Below, in pieces: positions 1 to 7,284 of a DNA stretch of 23,545 bases. The stretch comes from Fibrobacterota bacterium. GTDB taxonomy: Bacteria; Fibrobacterota; Fibrobacteria; UBA11236. Under the pieces are notes generated by a model. It worked only from the letters and a program-made list of their open reading frames with translations. It had not been told where the DNA came from and ran no database searches. The stretch covers positions 1-23,545 of the forward strand of contig JAYUVP010000179.1 of assembly GCA_043753995.1 (NCBI GenBank), given 5' to 3'. Position 1 is the stretch's first letter. Each line of letters begins with the position of its first letter. The position numbers and the translations under genes were made by a program.

Positions 1-632
1 GAGACGCCTGGCCTCAGGTCTAAGTCTTCCAGGATAGATCCCTTTTGCTCGCGGGTGAGAATACGCCCCTTCGCGTCATAGGCCATGACTATGGATTCCG
101 CCGTAGTACCGCTAGGCTCCTTGCAATTCCTTACGGTACGGCGACCTGCGACGTCGAATTGGTGAAGACATTCGTATTCCACCTGGGAGCTCCCATTGGA
201 GAGGGTGGACTCGATGGTTTCTTTGAGGACCAACCCCTTCCCATCCTTTTCGTAATAGCCATACCATTTTGGATCCGAACCTCGATCATAGGTGGCTTCG
301 GCAGAATAAAATGAGTAGGGGGAAGGATTGGTCACTCCATAAACAAGATCGTTTTCCAGGTTGAATACACGTGATTCCAACAATGCCCCTTCTTCCGTGA
401 ATCGCTCCACGAAAAGGGAGGTATTCTCGCGATAGTTTCCCGTAGGATCTTTTTTATCCTCGTAGAACCGAGTTTCCGACCTTATCACTTCACCGTGAAA
501 TCCGCGGAGGGAGCGTTCGTTTACGTAATGCCAAGAGGATTCCTGCTTGGTTTCCTTTTTTTCGGGCATGAATAGGCATGCCGAAAACAGGGCAGGTAGA
601 AATAGGGGTATCCATTCCATTCGACGGGTCAC
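1..632 (-). CDS. Putative lipoprotein with YD/RHS-like motifs, runs off the left window edge (absent from the ORF track)
   Basis: Manual translation from GTG 632 (or ATG 620) gives MTRRMEWIPLFLPALFSACLFMPEKKETKQ...HQFDVAGRRTVR...MAYDAKGRILTREQ, with no stop before position 1. Lipobox-like FSAC; in-frame TGA just upstream of 632. Confidence 0.75.
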   Translation of the reverse strand, partial: MTRRMEWIPLFLPALFSACLFMPEKKETKQESSWHYVNERSLRGFHGEVIRSETRFYEDKKDPTGNYRENTSLFVERFTEEGALLESRVFNLENDLVYGVTNPSPYSFYSAEATYDRGSDPKWYGYYEKDGKGLVLKETIESTLSNGSSQVEYECLHQFDVAGRRTVRNCKEPSGTTAESIVMAYDAKGRILTREQKGSILEDLDLRPGV

Positions 633-724
633 GAGACCATAGGTAAATCAAAGTCCCTGGCTCATCAATCTGGAAACCTCGGCCCAATCGTGATTTCACT
701 TTAAAGGCTCCTGTGCAAGTAAGG

Positions 725-753
725 TTGCCAATTTTGTTACCGTACAGTAACTT
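725..753 (+). promoter_or_regulatory. Sigma70-type promoter of tetR, probably leaderless
   Basis: TTGCCA (725-730), 17 bp spacer, TAACTT (748-753). The ATG at 760 follows after 6 nt and there is no Shine-Dalgarno. Confidence 0.6.
736..751. promoter_or_regulatory. Putative TetR operator 1, GTTAC-N6-GTAAC
   Basis: GTTACcgtacaGTAAC overlaps the spacer and -10 of the tetR promoter; a second copy lies at 1407-1424. Confidence 0.75.
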
Positions 754-759
754 ACCTCA

Positions 760-1359
760 ATGCGCAACGTCGAACGTACCAAGTCCAATATCCTCAAGGC
801 CGCAGGGCATCTCTTGGCTAAAAAAGGTTTTCGCGCTTTGGGAATAAGCGCCATCGCGGCTCAGGCCAAGGTGGGTAAACCTCTCCTTTATCGCTATTTC
901 GGCGGTCTTCAAGGCCTGCTCGCAGCTTATGGCAATAGCCACGATTTTTGGCCCCCCAGCGAGGAGTTGTTCGAAGCCGATCTCCAATCCCCCAAACGCA
1001 TGAGCTACGGGGCTTATGCCGAAGGATTTCTCGTGCGCTTCGTAAAAGCCCTACGCAAACGCCCCCTCACCCGTGCCGTATTAGCATGGGGGCTCATCGA
1101 GAAAAACGATCTCACTCTTCAAATGGACGACGTACTACGCCAACGGGGTCGTGCTGCAACGGCGCAATTGCGAGAAAGGGTGCAACCCCCCGCGGATGTG
1201 GATACGGCTGCGGTCAATGCCATTCTGCTCGCAGGTATTTTTTACCTGACCATCCGCTCCGGCGTCACCGGTGAATTTGCGGGCCTCTCATTGCAAAGCG
1301 AAAGTGATTGGCAGCGCGTCGAAGCAACCTTACAACACCTCGCAAAAACAGCCTATTAG
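760..1359 (+). CDS. TetR/AcrR family transcriptional regulator
   Basis: N-terminal HTH ILKAAGHLLAKKGFRALGISAIAAQAKVGKPLLYRYFGG; 199 aa. Confidence 0.95.
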   Translation: MRNVERTKSNILKAAGHLLAKKGFRALGISAIAAQAKVGKPLLYRYFGGLQGLLAAYGNSHDFWPPSEELFEADLQSPKRMSYGAYAEGFLVRFVKALRKRPLTRAVLAWGLIEKNDLTLQMDDVLRQRGRAATAQLRERVQPPADVDTAAVNAILLAGIFYLTIRSGVTGEFAGLSLQSESDWQRVEATLQHLAKTAY

Positions 1360-1362
1360 ACC

Positions 1363-1403
1363 GAGAGACCGAGAAGGCAGCCCAGTGATTACCTCTTTTT
1401 TCA
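1363..1403 (+). repeat. Degenerate junction-site copy lacking the 77-bp hairpin module
   Basis: 1363-1382 matches 2139-2158 at 17/20 and 1383-1403 matches 2236-2256 at 18/21. Confidence 0.6.
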
Positions 1404-1406
1404 AAA

Positions 1407-1424
1407 TGTTACTCATCGGTAACA
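1407..1424. promoter_or_regulatory. Putative TetR operator 2
   Basis: TGTTACtcatcgGTAACA. Its reverse complement GTTACCGATGAGTAAC matches operator 1 GTTACCGTACAGTAAC at 13/16. Confidence 0.75.
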
Positions 1425-1438
1425 CATAACCACATTCA

Positions 1439-2233
1439 ATGGAGTCCTCCATGAAATCCAATAAACTTATCGGCGCAGCATTCATAACATTTCCCATTGC
1501 CATTAACTTTCCGTTTGCGATGTTGGCGAGTCGCTTCGACTATCCCGACATCTTGCGCGCGCCCGCAGGCCAAGTACTCGAGCGCTTTCACGCCGGCGGA
1601 ACATCGCTGGTTCTCATTTGGTATGCCTTTGCCATCACCATGATTCCAGTTTTGGCGGCCATGCTGGCCTTGCCCTTACTGCCAGGCAGCGGCAACCGCT
1701 TGCGGCTTGGAGTCGCAACAACCTTTGGCGCCATCGCCACCGTATTTCAAATCCTGGGACTCATACGTTGGACCTTTGTTGTTCCCGTGCTCGCCAATAT
1801 TTACACCGATCCAAATTCCACCGAAGCCATGCGCACCTCAGCCGCGGTCACGTTTGCTGCGTTTCACCAATATGCTGGAGTCGCCATTGGCGAGCATTTG
1901 GGCCAGCTCTTCACCGCGATTTGGATGGGGATGCTCGGATTCGAAATGCTACGTGCACCCTTGTTTCGCGCATGGTTGGGTTGGTTGGGTCTTGTGGGCG
2001 CCATCCTGTGGATCATTGGCCTTGCCGAAGGATTTGCCACCGTATTGCCGTTTCATCCCGGCATCCTTGCGGCCGTGGCTCCGGTAGCGTTTCTGGTCAT
2101 GGGCATCTGGATGATATGCCTTGGCGTGGTCTTGTGGAGAGAGACCGGGGAGGAAGCCGAGGCCGACCGTACCCAGCGCAGCGGGCAGAAAATCGGCGGG
2201 CCGAGGCGGGGAGGGGCGAAGCCACTCCCGTAA
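1439..2233 (+). CDS. DUF4386-like integral membrane protein with a repeat-derived C-terminal tail (start 1439 or 1451)
   Basis: FDYPDILR and IGEHLGQLFT motifs, about 6 hydrophobic helices; ends EADRTQRSGQKIGGPRRGGAKPLP. Confidence 0.85.
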   Translation: MESSMKSNKLIGAAFITFPIAINFPFAMLASRFDYPDILRAPAGQVLERFHAGGTSLVLIWYAFAITMIPVLAAMLALPLLPGSGNRLRLGVATTFGAIATVFQILGLIRWTFVVPVLANIYTDPNSTEAMRTSAAVTFAAFHQYAGVAIGEHLGQLFTAIWMGMLGFEMLRAPLFRAWLGWLGLVGAILWIIGLAEGFATVLPFHPGILAAVAPVAFLVMGIWMICLGVVLWRETGEEAEADRTQRSGQKIGGPRRGGAKPLP

Positions 2234-2291
2234 CCCATTGATTACGTCTTTTATCAGTTACGTCGCGGAAGCAGGCCTTTCCATTTGGCGC
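2159..2291 (+). repeat. 133-bp direct repeat, copy 1 (hairpin module + palindromic core + orphan copy of the eamA 3' end)
   Basis: Ungapped alignment to 4376-4508 with 8 mismatches; the minus strand reads AKWKGLLPRRN*. Confidence 0.97.
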
Positions 2292-2354
2292 ACCGCTCGG
2301 TGATTTCGACGCTGGCGAAGCGTCACACCGGGGACGGAATGGGGGGCTTGTTTT

Positions 2355-2374
2355 CAGGATTGTAACAGGATTGT
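2355..2374 (+). repeat. CAGGATTGT x2 with 11-bp period (integrase arm-type site or transcription-factor site)
   Basis: CAGGATTGT-aa-CAGGATTGT at 2355-2363 and 2366-2374. Confidence 0.6.
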
Positions 2375-2467
2375 GTCTTGAATGGGCCTAATCCGCCGAA
2401 TACGTTTTCCATTGTCTTAACTATCCTCCATCTCCAAATACAACCCGAGTCGTACTCTCTCAAAGAA

Positions 2468-4450
2468 ATGATCCTAAAACGCTTTTTTGTTTGCCTTTCC
2501 TTCGTGTGGATTTCCTGCGGAGGCCCTCCGCCTTTACTCAAGTACCAGCCAGAGAATACCCCATCTTCCAGTGACTATCCCGGTCAGGAAGCCGTGGTTC
2601 TGGAAGATTTTTCCAAATCGGATTTTTTCTGGCACGAAGACGGGCAGGGCTATTTCACTACCGTCCAGCGGGAAGTCATTAAGATATTCAGTCATCCTGA
2701 AAATCATTCCAACCGTTTTATCTATCTGGGCAAAGGCGATGAATTGCAGCGCCTCGACGGTTTCGTTCTTTCCCCCGATGGAAACATCCAGAAATTGGAT
2801 AAGCAGCATATCTTGGATCAGCAAGGAATTACGGACGGAGTGCTGCTTCATTCGGATGCGCACATCAAGAAGCTGGTATTTCCCGGAGTAGTCCCCGGTT
2901 CCATCCTCTTCCTGGAAACCCATACCGTCCGCCAGTCTGGATTAGCTATCCACGATTGGGAGCCGCAGCGAGAAATTCCAGTCCGCGAGGCGAGGTATAT
3001 CCTCAATGCCCCCTTAAAGCTTTTCATTTCCAAGAAAGAAGGAGGCCATGGATGGAACTGGCGTTACGTGACTTACAATGGATCCGCTGTAGATCCGGTG
3101 CGCAGGTCCGTACGCGGATCCGTCGTCACCTATGACTGGTCTTTTCGTGACATCCCGCCACTTAAGAACGAATCATTCATGCCCCCACGGGAAAACTTCG
3201 CCCTCAAACTCGCTTTCGCGCCTCCTGACTTCAAGACCTGGACCGAATTGGGGGATCTCTATCTGGAGCGATATTTCCGACCGAAGTTCAAGATCTCGCC
3301 TTTGATTCGTCGCATCGCTGACTCACTCAGGACTGAGCATGCGAAGGACAGGGATTTTGTCCGGGCGGCATTGGAATTGGTCAGGTCCTTACGCTATGTC
3401 GCCTTGAATATCGGCGAATCGGGGCTTGAGCCGGACGCCCCGGAGACCGTGTATCAGAACCGCTACGGCGATTGCAAGGGCAAGACGTCGCTGCTATTGG
3501 CTTTGTTGCAAAGCGAGGGCATTCCATCCTGGCCTGCTTTGATATTGACGCGCAAAGCCGGAGTCACGGATTCGGAATTCGTTTCCTTCCACTACAATCA
3601 CATGATCGCAGCATTGCGAATTTCTCCGGCGGAAACCCTGTGGGTCGATCCGACCGAAAACGTCTCTCCGCTAGGACGACTGCCCGCGGAGTGCACTGGC
3701 CGCGAAGCCTTGCTCCTAAGCGATGGAGAGAGTCGCATTGTGACGACGCCATTCTACGCCTCCCGGGACAACGCCATCAAAGCCTTGACACGCGTGGCCA
3801 TCCGCCCTGGACAGGATACTGCTTATTATGAATGCTCCATTTGGTTAACGGGTGAACCCAGGCGCAAGGCCTTGTATCAGATCCACAACGAAGCCGACGC
3901 CACGGCATCCCTGGCCACGGCCTTCCTGTTCAGCAATACTCTGGGCGCCTTCCTTGTCTCCCCGAAACATACTGAGAAGGGTGATACCCTGGAGCTGCAT
4001 TTCCAGCTACGCTACCCGCTTGACCGGGGTAACCCCCAGTTTCCGGAAAGCCCGTTGTCGCTTATCCGACTGGATCCATTCATTTCCGTTCCGAGCCGGA
4101 ATTTTCCCTTGGATTTGGATTTTCCATTCGAGGCCTCCGAAGACATCAGCCTATCCTTGCCCAAGGGGTTCCGTCACCCCGTGACCGAACCTTTGGAAAT
4201 GGAAAACGCACTGCTCAGGATGAGCCGGTCCACCGACACGTCGGCTTCTGGAGCTTGGACCCGGAAACGGTTTTCGCTGCTGGCCGACATCGTCCCAGCG
4301 CGGGACTATCCTGAATTCCGTTCTGCTCTGGAAACCTGGCAACGGCGGAATAGCCGGTTCGTTTTCCTGACCCCGGAGGCCGACCGTACCCAGCGCAGCG
4401 GGCAGAAAATCGGCGGGCCTAGGCGGGGAGGGGCGGAGCCACTCCCGTAA
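2468..4450 (+). CDS. DUF3857 + transglutaminase-like domain lipoprotein with a repeat-derived C-terminal tail
   Basis: ATG 2468 gives the signal MILKRFFVCLSFVWISC. Motifs LRYVALNIGE, YGDCKGK (Cys), YNHMI (His), WVDPT (Asp). Ends EADRTQRSGQKIGGPRRGGAEPLP. Confidence 0.88.
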   Translation: MILKRFFVCLSFVWISCGGPPPLLKYQPENTPSSSDYPGQEAVVLEDFSKSDFFWHEDGQGYFTTVQREVIKIFSHPENHSNRFIYLGKGDELQRLDGFVLSPDGNIQKLDKQHILDQQGITDGVLLHSDAHIKKLVFPGVVPGSILFLETHTVRQSGLAIHDWEPQREIPVREARYILNAPLKLFISKKEGGHGWNWRYVTYNGSAVDPVRRSVRGSVVTYDWSFRDIPPLKNESFMPPRENFALKLAFAPPDFKTWTELGDLYLERYFRPKFKISPLIRRIADSLRTEHAKDRDFVRAALELVRSLRYVALNIGESGLEPDAPETVYQNRYGDCKGKTSLLLALLQSEGIPSWPALILTRKAGVTDSEFVSFHYNHMIAALRISPAETLWVDPTENVSPLGRLPAECTGREALLLSDGESRIVTTPFYASRDNAIKALTRVAIRPGQDTAYYECSIWLTGEPRRKALYQIHNEADATASLATAFLFSNTLGAFLVSPKHTEKGDTLELHFQLRYPLDRGNPQFPESPLSLIRLDPFISVPSRNFPLDLDFPFEASEDISLSLPKGFRHPVTEPLEMENALLRMSRSTDTSASGAWTRKRFSLLADIVPARDYPEFRSALETWQRRNSRFVFLTPEADRTQRSGQKIGGPRRGGAEPLP

Positions 4451-4508
4451 CCAATTGATTACGTCTCCTATCAGTTACGTCGCGGGAGAAGGCCTTTCCA
4501 CTTGGCGC
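4376..4508 (+). repeat. 133-bp direct repeat, copy 2 (includes the functional eamA 3' end)
   Basis: 125/133 identical to 2159-2291, offset 2217 bp. Confidence 0.97.
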
Positions 4509-5379
4509 GCAAGGCTTCGCCATAAAGCATCAGGAAAACGCCCGCCAAGATCAGCGGCAGTCCAGCCCAAAGGTAGGGCATGGCTTTTTCTCCCATGATC
4601 ATTCCCAGCATCACGGCGATGGCAGGATTGACCAAGGCATAGCTGACCACGCGCGAAGCCGGCTCATGCTGAATGAGATAACCGTAGGCAACGAAGGCCA
4701 GGCTGCCGGGCACAATGAGATAAAGGAGACCGAGCCAACTTGCGGTGGAGACAGCCGAGAAGTCAGGCCACGGACCACGAAAGAACAAGGCGTAAGAAAG
4801 CAAGCCCCAAAGCCCACCCAGCAGGCTTTGCAATCCACCGGCGATCACCACGTCGGGATAGGCTGGCAGCTTTTTGCCCAGGCTGGTGCCCAAGGCCCAA
4901 CTCGTCACCGCAGCAAGTATGAACCAGGTCGAGCGATTCAAACTAGTGAAGAGGCTGCGCCCGTCAAAGAGGACCAAGGCCACGCCGACAAGCCCCAAGG
5001 CAATGCCGAAGAGACCCAAAGGCGCGACCTTGATCTTGAGCAAGAGGCGATTGAACACCGCCACAGCCAGCGGAGTCGAAGCGATGATGAGGGCAGCGAG
5101 ATAGCTGTCGACCTTGACTTCGGCCCACGTGACCATGCCATTACCGAGCAATAAAAGCAATACCGAAAGAAGAAAGGTGGTGCGCCACTCGGCAGCGGAA
5201 GGAGCGCGGCGCCATCGCCCTAGGGCCTTACCTAAGGCCAAGAGCATGATACCGCCGAGAGAGAATCGGATGCCAACCACCAAGGCGGGATGCAGGGTAT
5301 GCACGCTTTCCTTGATGGCGAAATAGGTGGAGCCCCAGACTATATAAAGGGTGGCATAGGCGAAAAGCTTTGGGAACAT
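4471..5379 (-). CDS. EamA/DMT family transporter (YedA-like)
   Basis: LYIVWGSTYFAIK, GSLAFVAYGYL and SYALVNPAIAVMLG motifs; about 10 TM helices. Confidence 0.95.
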   Translation of the reverse strand: MFPKLFAYATLYIVWGSTYFAIKESVHTLHPALVVGIRFSLGGIMLLALGKALGRWRRAPSAAEWRTTFLLSVLLLLLGNGMVTWAEVKVDSYLAALIIASTPLAVAVFNRLLLKIKVAPLGLFGIALGLVGVALVLFDGRSLFTSLNRSTWFILAAVTSWALGTSLGKKLPAYPDVVIAGGLQSLLGGLWGLLSYALFFRGPWPDFSAVSTASWLGLLYLIVPGSLAFVAYGYLIQHEPASRVVSYALVNPAIAVMLGMIMGEKAMPYLWAGLPLILAGVFLMLYGEALRAKWKGLLPRRN

Positions 5380-5585
5380 ATCTCCATGATAGCTTCTCTA
5401 AATGATTTGGTTTGCCTGAGATAAATTTTGAGAATGACTCTAAAATATCCCCATAGGCGCACCTAAGGTCCGAACTCAAGGACTGGATCTCGGGAAAAAG
5501 CAGGCCTATGATTGGCCGGTCGGGGTGTTATCCAATCTCAAAATGGGCATCGCTTTGATTCCAAAAGGAAGGTAGGCTTGATCCC

Positions 5586-7271
5586 ATGACGACATCTCAT
5601 TCGCTACGACAGGCCATACGACAAATCACGGCCGATGATAGAGCTTTCGTCGCCTCGTCCAATCAGGCATTACCCAAACGCGCAGCCAATCTTGGCGGGC
5701 TTGAGCCCTTCAGTGGAACCTGGAATATCACGCAAGCCAGGCATTTGCTGCGCCGATGCCTATTCGGCTTTACCGAAGCCCAAGCCAAAGTCTTCGCGGG
5801 AGCCACCTTGTCGGAAGCGGTCGACTCTCTACTCAGTTTTCCCACCGATCCGCCCACTCCCCCACTGAATGTGAATGCTTCGGAGTCGGCCATAGCTATC
5901 GGCGAAACCTGGGTGACAGCCGCCTACGACAGCACCTTGAATTTCCAAAGGGGAGTCTCCCTTCAATCGTGGTGGATGGGACTTCTTCTTAACCAAGAGG
6001 CGAACCTTCGCGAGAAGATGACTTTTTTCTGGCACAATCATTTTGCCTGCGAAATCGACGCCGCCGGTGACGCACGCTACATGTACAACCAAAATGTCTT
6101 GCTAAGAAAATCTTGTCTCGGCAATGTCAAGACCTTGGCCAAGGACATCAGCTTGGATTGCGCCATGCTGCGGTACTTGAACGGCAATACGAATACCGCG
6201 AAAAGTCCGAATGAGAATTATGGCCGCGAGCTCCTCGAGCTTTTCACTATCGGCAAGGGACCGGAAATATCGGCGGGCAATTACACTCATTACACCGAAG
6301 ACGACGTGAAGGCCGCAGCGCGCATCTTGACCGGATTCAAGGATGTGCGCGAAACCATGACGTCGACTTTCACGGACAAGAATCACGATGCCGGAGATAA
6401 GACTTTTAGTTCGGCTTTCGGAAATGCGGTGATTAAAGGCCTCCCTGGCGCGGAAGGCGCTTCGGAGCTGGATAGCCTAATCAATCTCATTTTCGTCCAA
6501 GCCGAGACGGCGCGGCAATTCTGTCGCAAGCTTTATCGTTACTTCGTGTACTATGTCATCGACGCCGAAACCGAGAAGAATGTCATCGAGCCCCTGGCAA
6601 AGCTATTGCGCGATGGCAAATATGAAATCAAACCCGTCCTCGCGGCCCTCCTCAAGAGCGCGCATTTTCACCATGCCGCAAACCAAGGAAACATGATCAA
6701 GACGCCGCTCGATCTGATTGCGGGATTCGCCAAGCAGGCGGCGGTTCAATGGCCCGATCGCGCAGCCATAGCCGAGTCCTATGCTATTTGGCGATCCATG
6801 CAGGACCAATCCTCGCAAATGCAATTGGAGTTGCTCGATCCCCCCAATGTGGCAGGTTGGCCATGCTATTGGCAAGAGCCTGGGTATTATCAGCTTTGGA
6901 TCAATAGTGCCACTTTGCCCACGCGTTTGCGCTTCACCGATCGTTTTCTAAGCAACCAGAAATGGGTTTCGGGTGTTGGGACCGCAACCTTGGATGTCTT
7001 GGCCTTGACCGAGACGGTCAGCGACCCTATTGACGTTGTCCTTTTGGTGAGCGAAATGGCGGGACGATTTTCGTCATTGTCGCTCACAGAAAACCAACTC
7101 ACCTATTTGAAGGATTCCCTGCTGGATCAATTGCCCGATTATGAATGGGGCGTAGACTGGGAGAGGTATACCAAGGACAAAACCAATGCCGCCGCTCGCA
7201 AGGCTGTCGAGACGCGCTTGAAGACTTTTTTCCGGGCCTTGACGGCCATGGCCGAATACCAACTCGCTTGA
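5586..7271 (+). CDS. DUF1800 family protein
   Basis: ARHLLRR, LREKMTFFWHNHF, PNENYGRELLELFTIG, PPNVAGW, EYQLA end; adjacent to DUF1501. Confidence 0.95.
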   Translation: MTTSHSLRQAIRQITADDRAFVASSNQALPKRAANLGGLEPFSGTWNITQARHLLRRCLFGFTEAQAKVFAGATLSEAVDSLLSFPTDPPTPPLNVNASESAIAIGETWVTAAYDSTLNFQRGVSLQSWWMGLLLNQEANLREKMTFFWHNHFACEIDAAGDARYMYNQNVLLRKSCLGNVKTLAKDISLDCAMLRYLNGNTNTAKSPNENYGRELLELFTIGKGPEISAGNYTHYTEDDVKAAARILTGFKDVRETMTSTFTDKNHDAGDKTFSSAFGNAVIKGLPGAEGASELDSLINLIFVQAETARQFCRKLYRYFVYYVIDAETEKNVIEPLAKLLRDGKYEIKPVLAALLKSAHFHHAANQGNMIKTPLDLIAGFAKQAAVQWPDRAAIAESYAIWRSMQDQSSQMQLELLDPPNVAGWPCYWQEPGYYQLWINSATLPTRLRFTDRFLSNQKWVSGVGTATLDVLALTETVSDPIDVVLLVSEMAGRFSSLSLTENQLTYLKDSLLDQLPDYEWGVDWERYTKDKTNAAARKAVETRLKTFFRALTAMAEYQLA

Positions 7272-7284
7272 AAGGCTAGTAGTC

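Noticed and set aside
45..699. ORF-track calls 45..314 (+) and 490..699 (-)
   Set aside because: Better explained by the longer minus-strand lipoprotein frame at 1-632.
2230..2261. GTAAC and GTTAC in the repeat core as extra TetR operators
   Set aside because: The half-sites are in the opposite order and 22 bp apart rather than GTTAC-N6-GTAAC.
2378..2467. N-terminal extension of the transglutaminase-like ORF from TTG 2378
   Set aside because: ATG 2468 gives a proper lipoprotein signal peptide; the extension looks like promoter DNA.
2159..4508. Repeats as a CRISPR array or canonical integron attC sites
   Set aside because: Only two long copies 2.2 kb apart, no spacers or cas genes. The core is 34 bp, does not fit RYYYAAC/GTTRRRY, and there is no intI in the window.
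5394..5544. TTCTCTAAAT / ATTTTGAGAA / TCTCAAAAT inverted matches between eamA and DUF1800
   Set aside because: Short, AT-rich and irregularly spaced; cannot be distinguished from chance.
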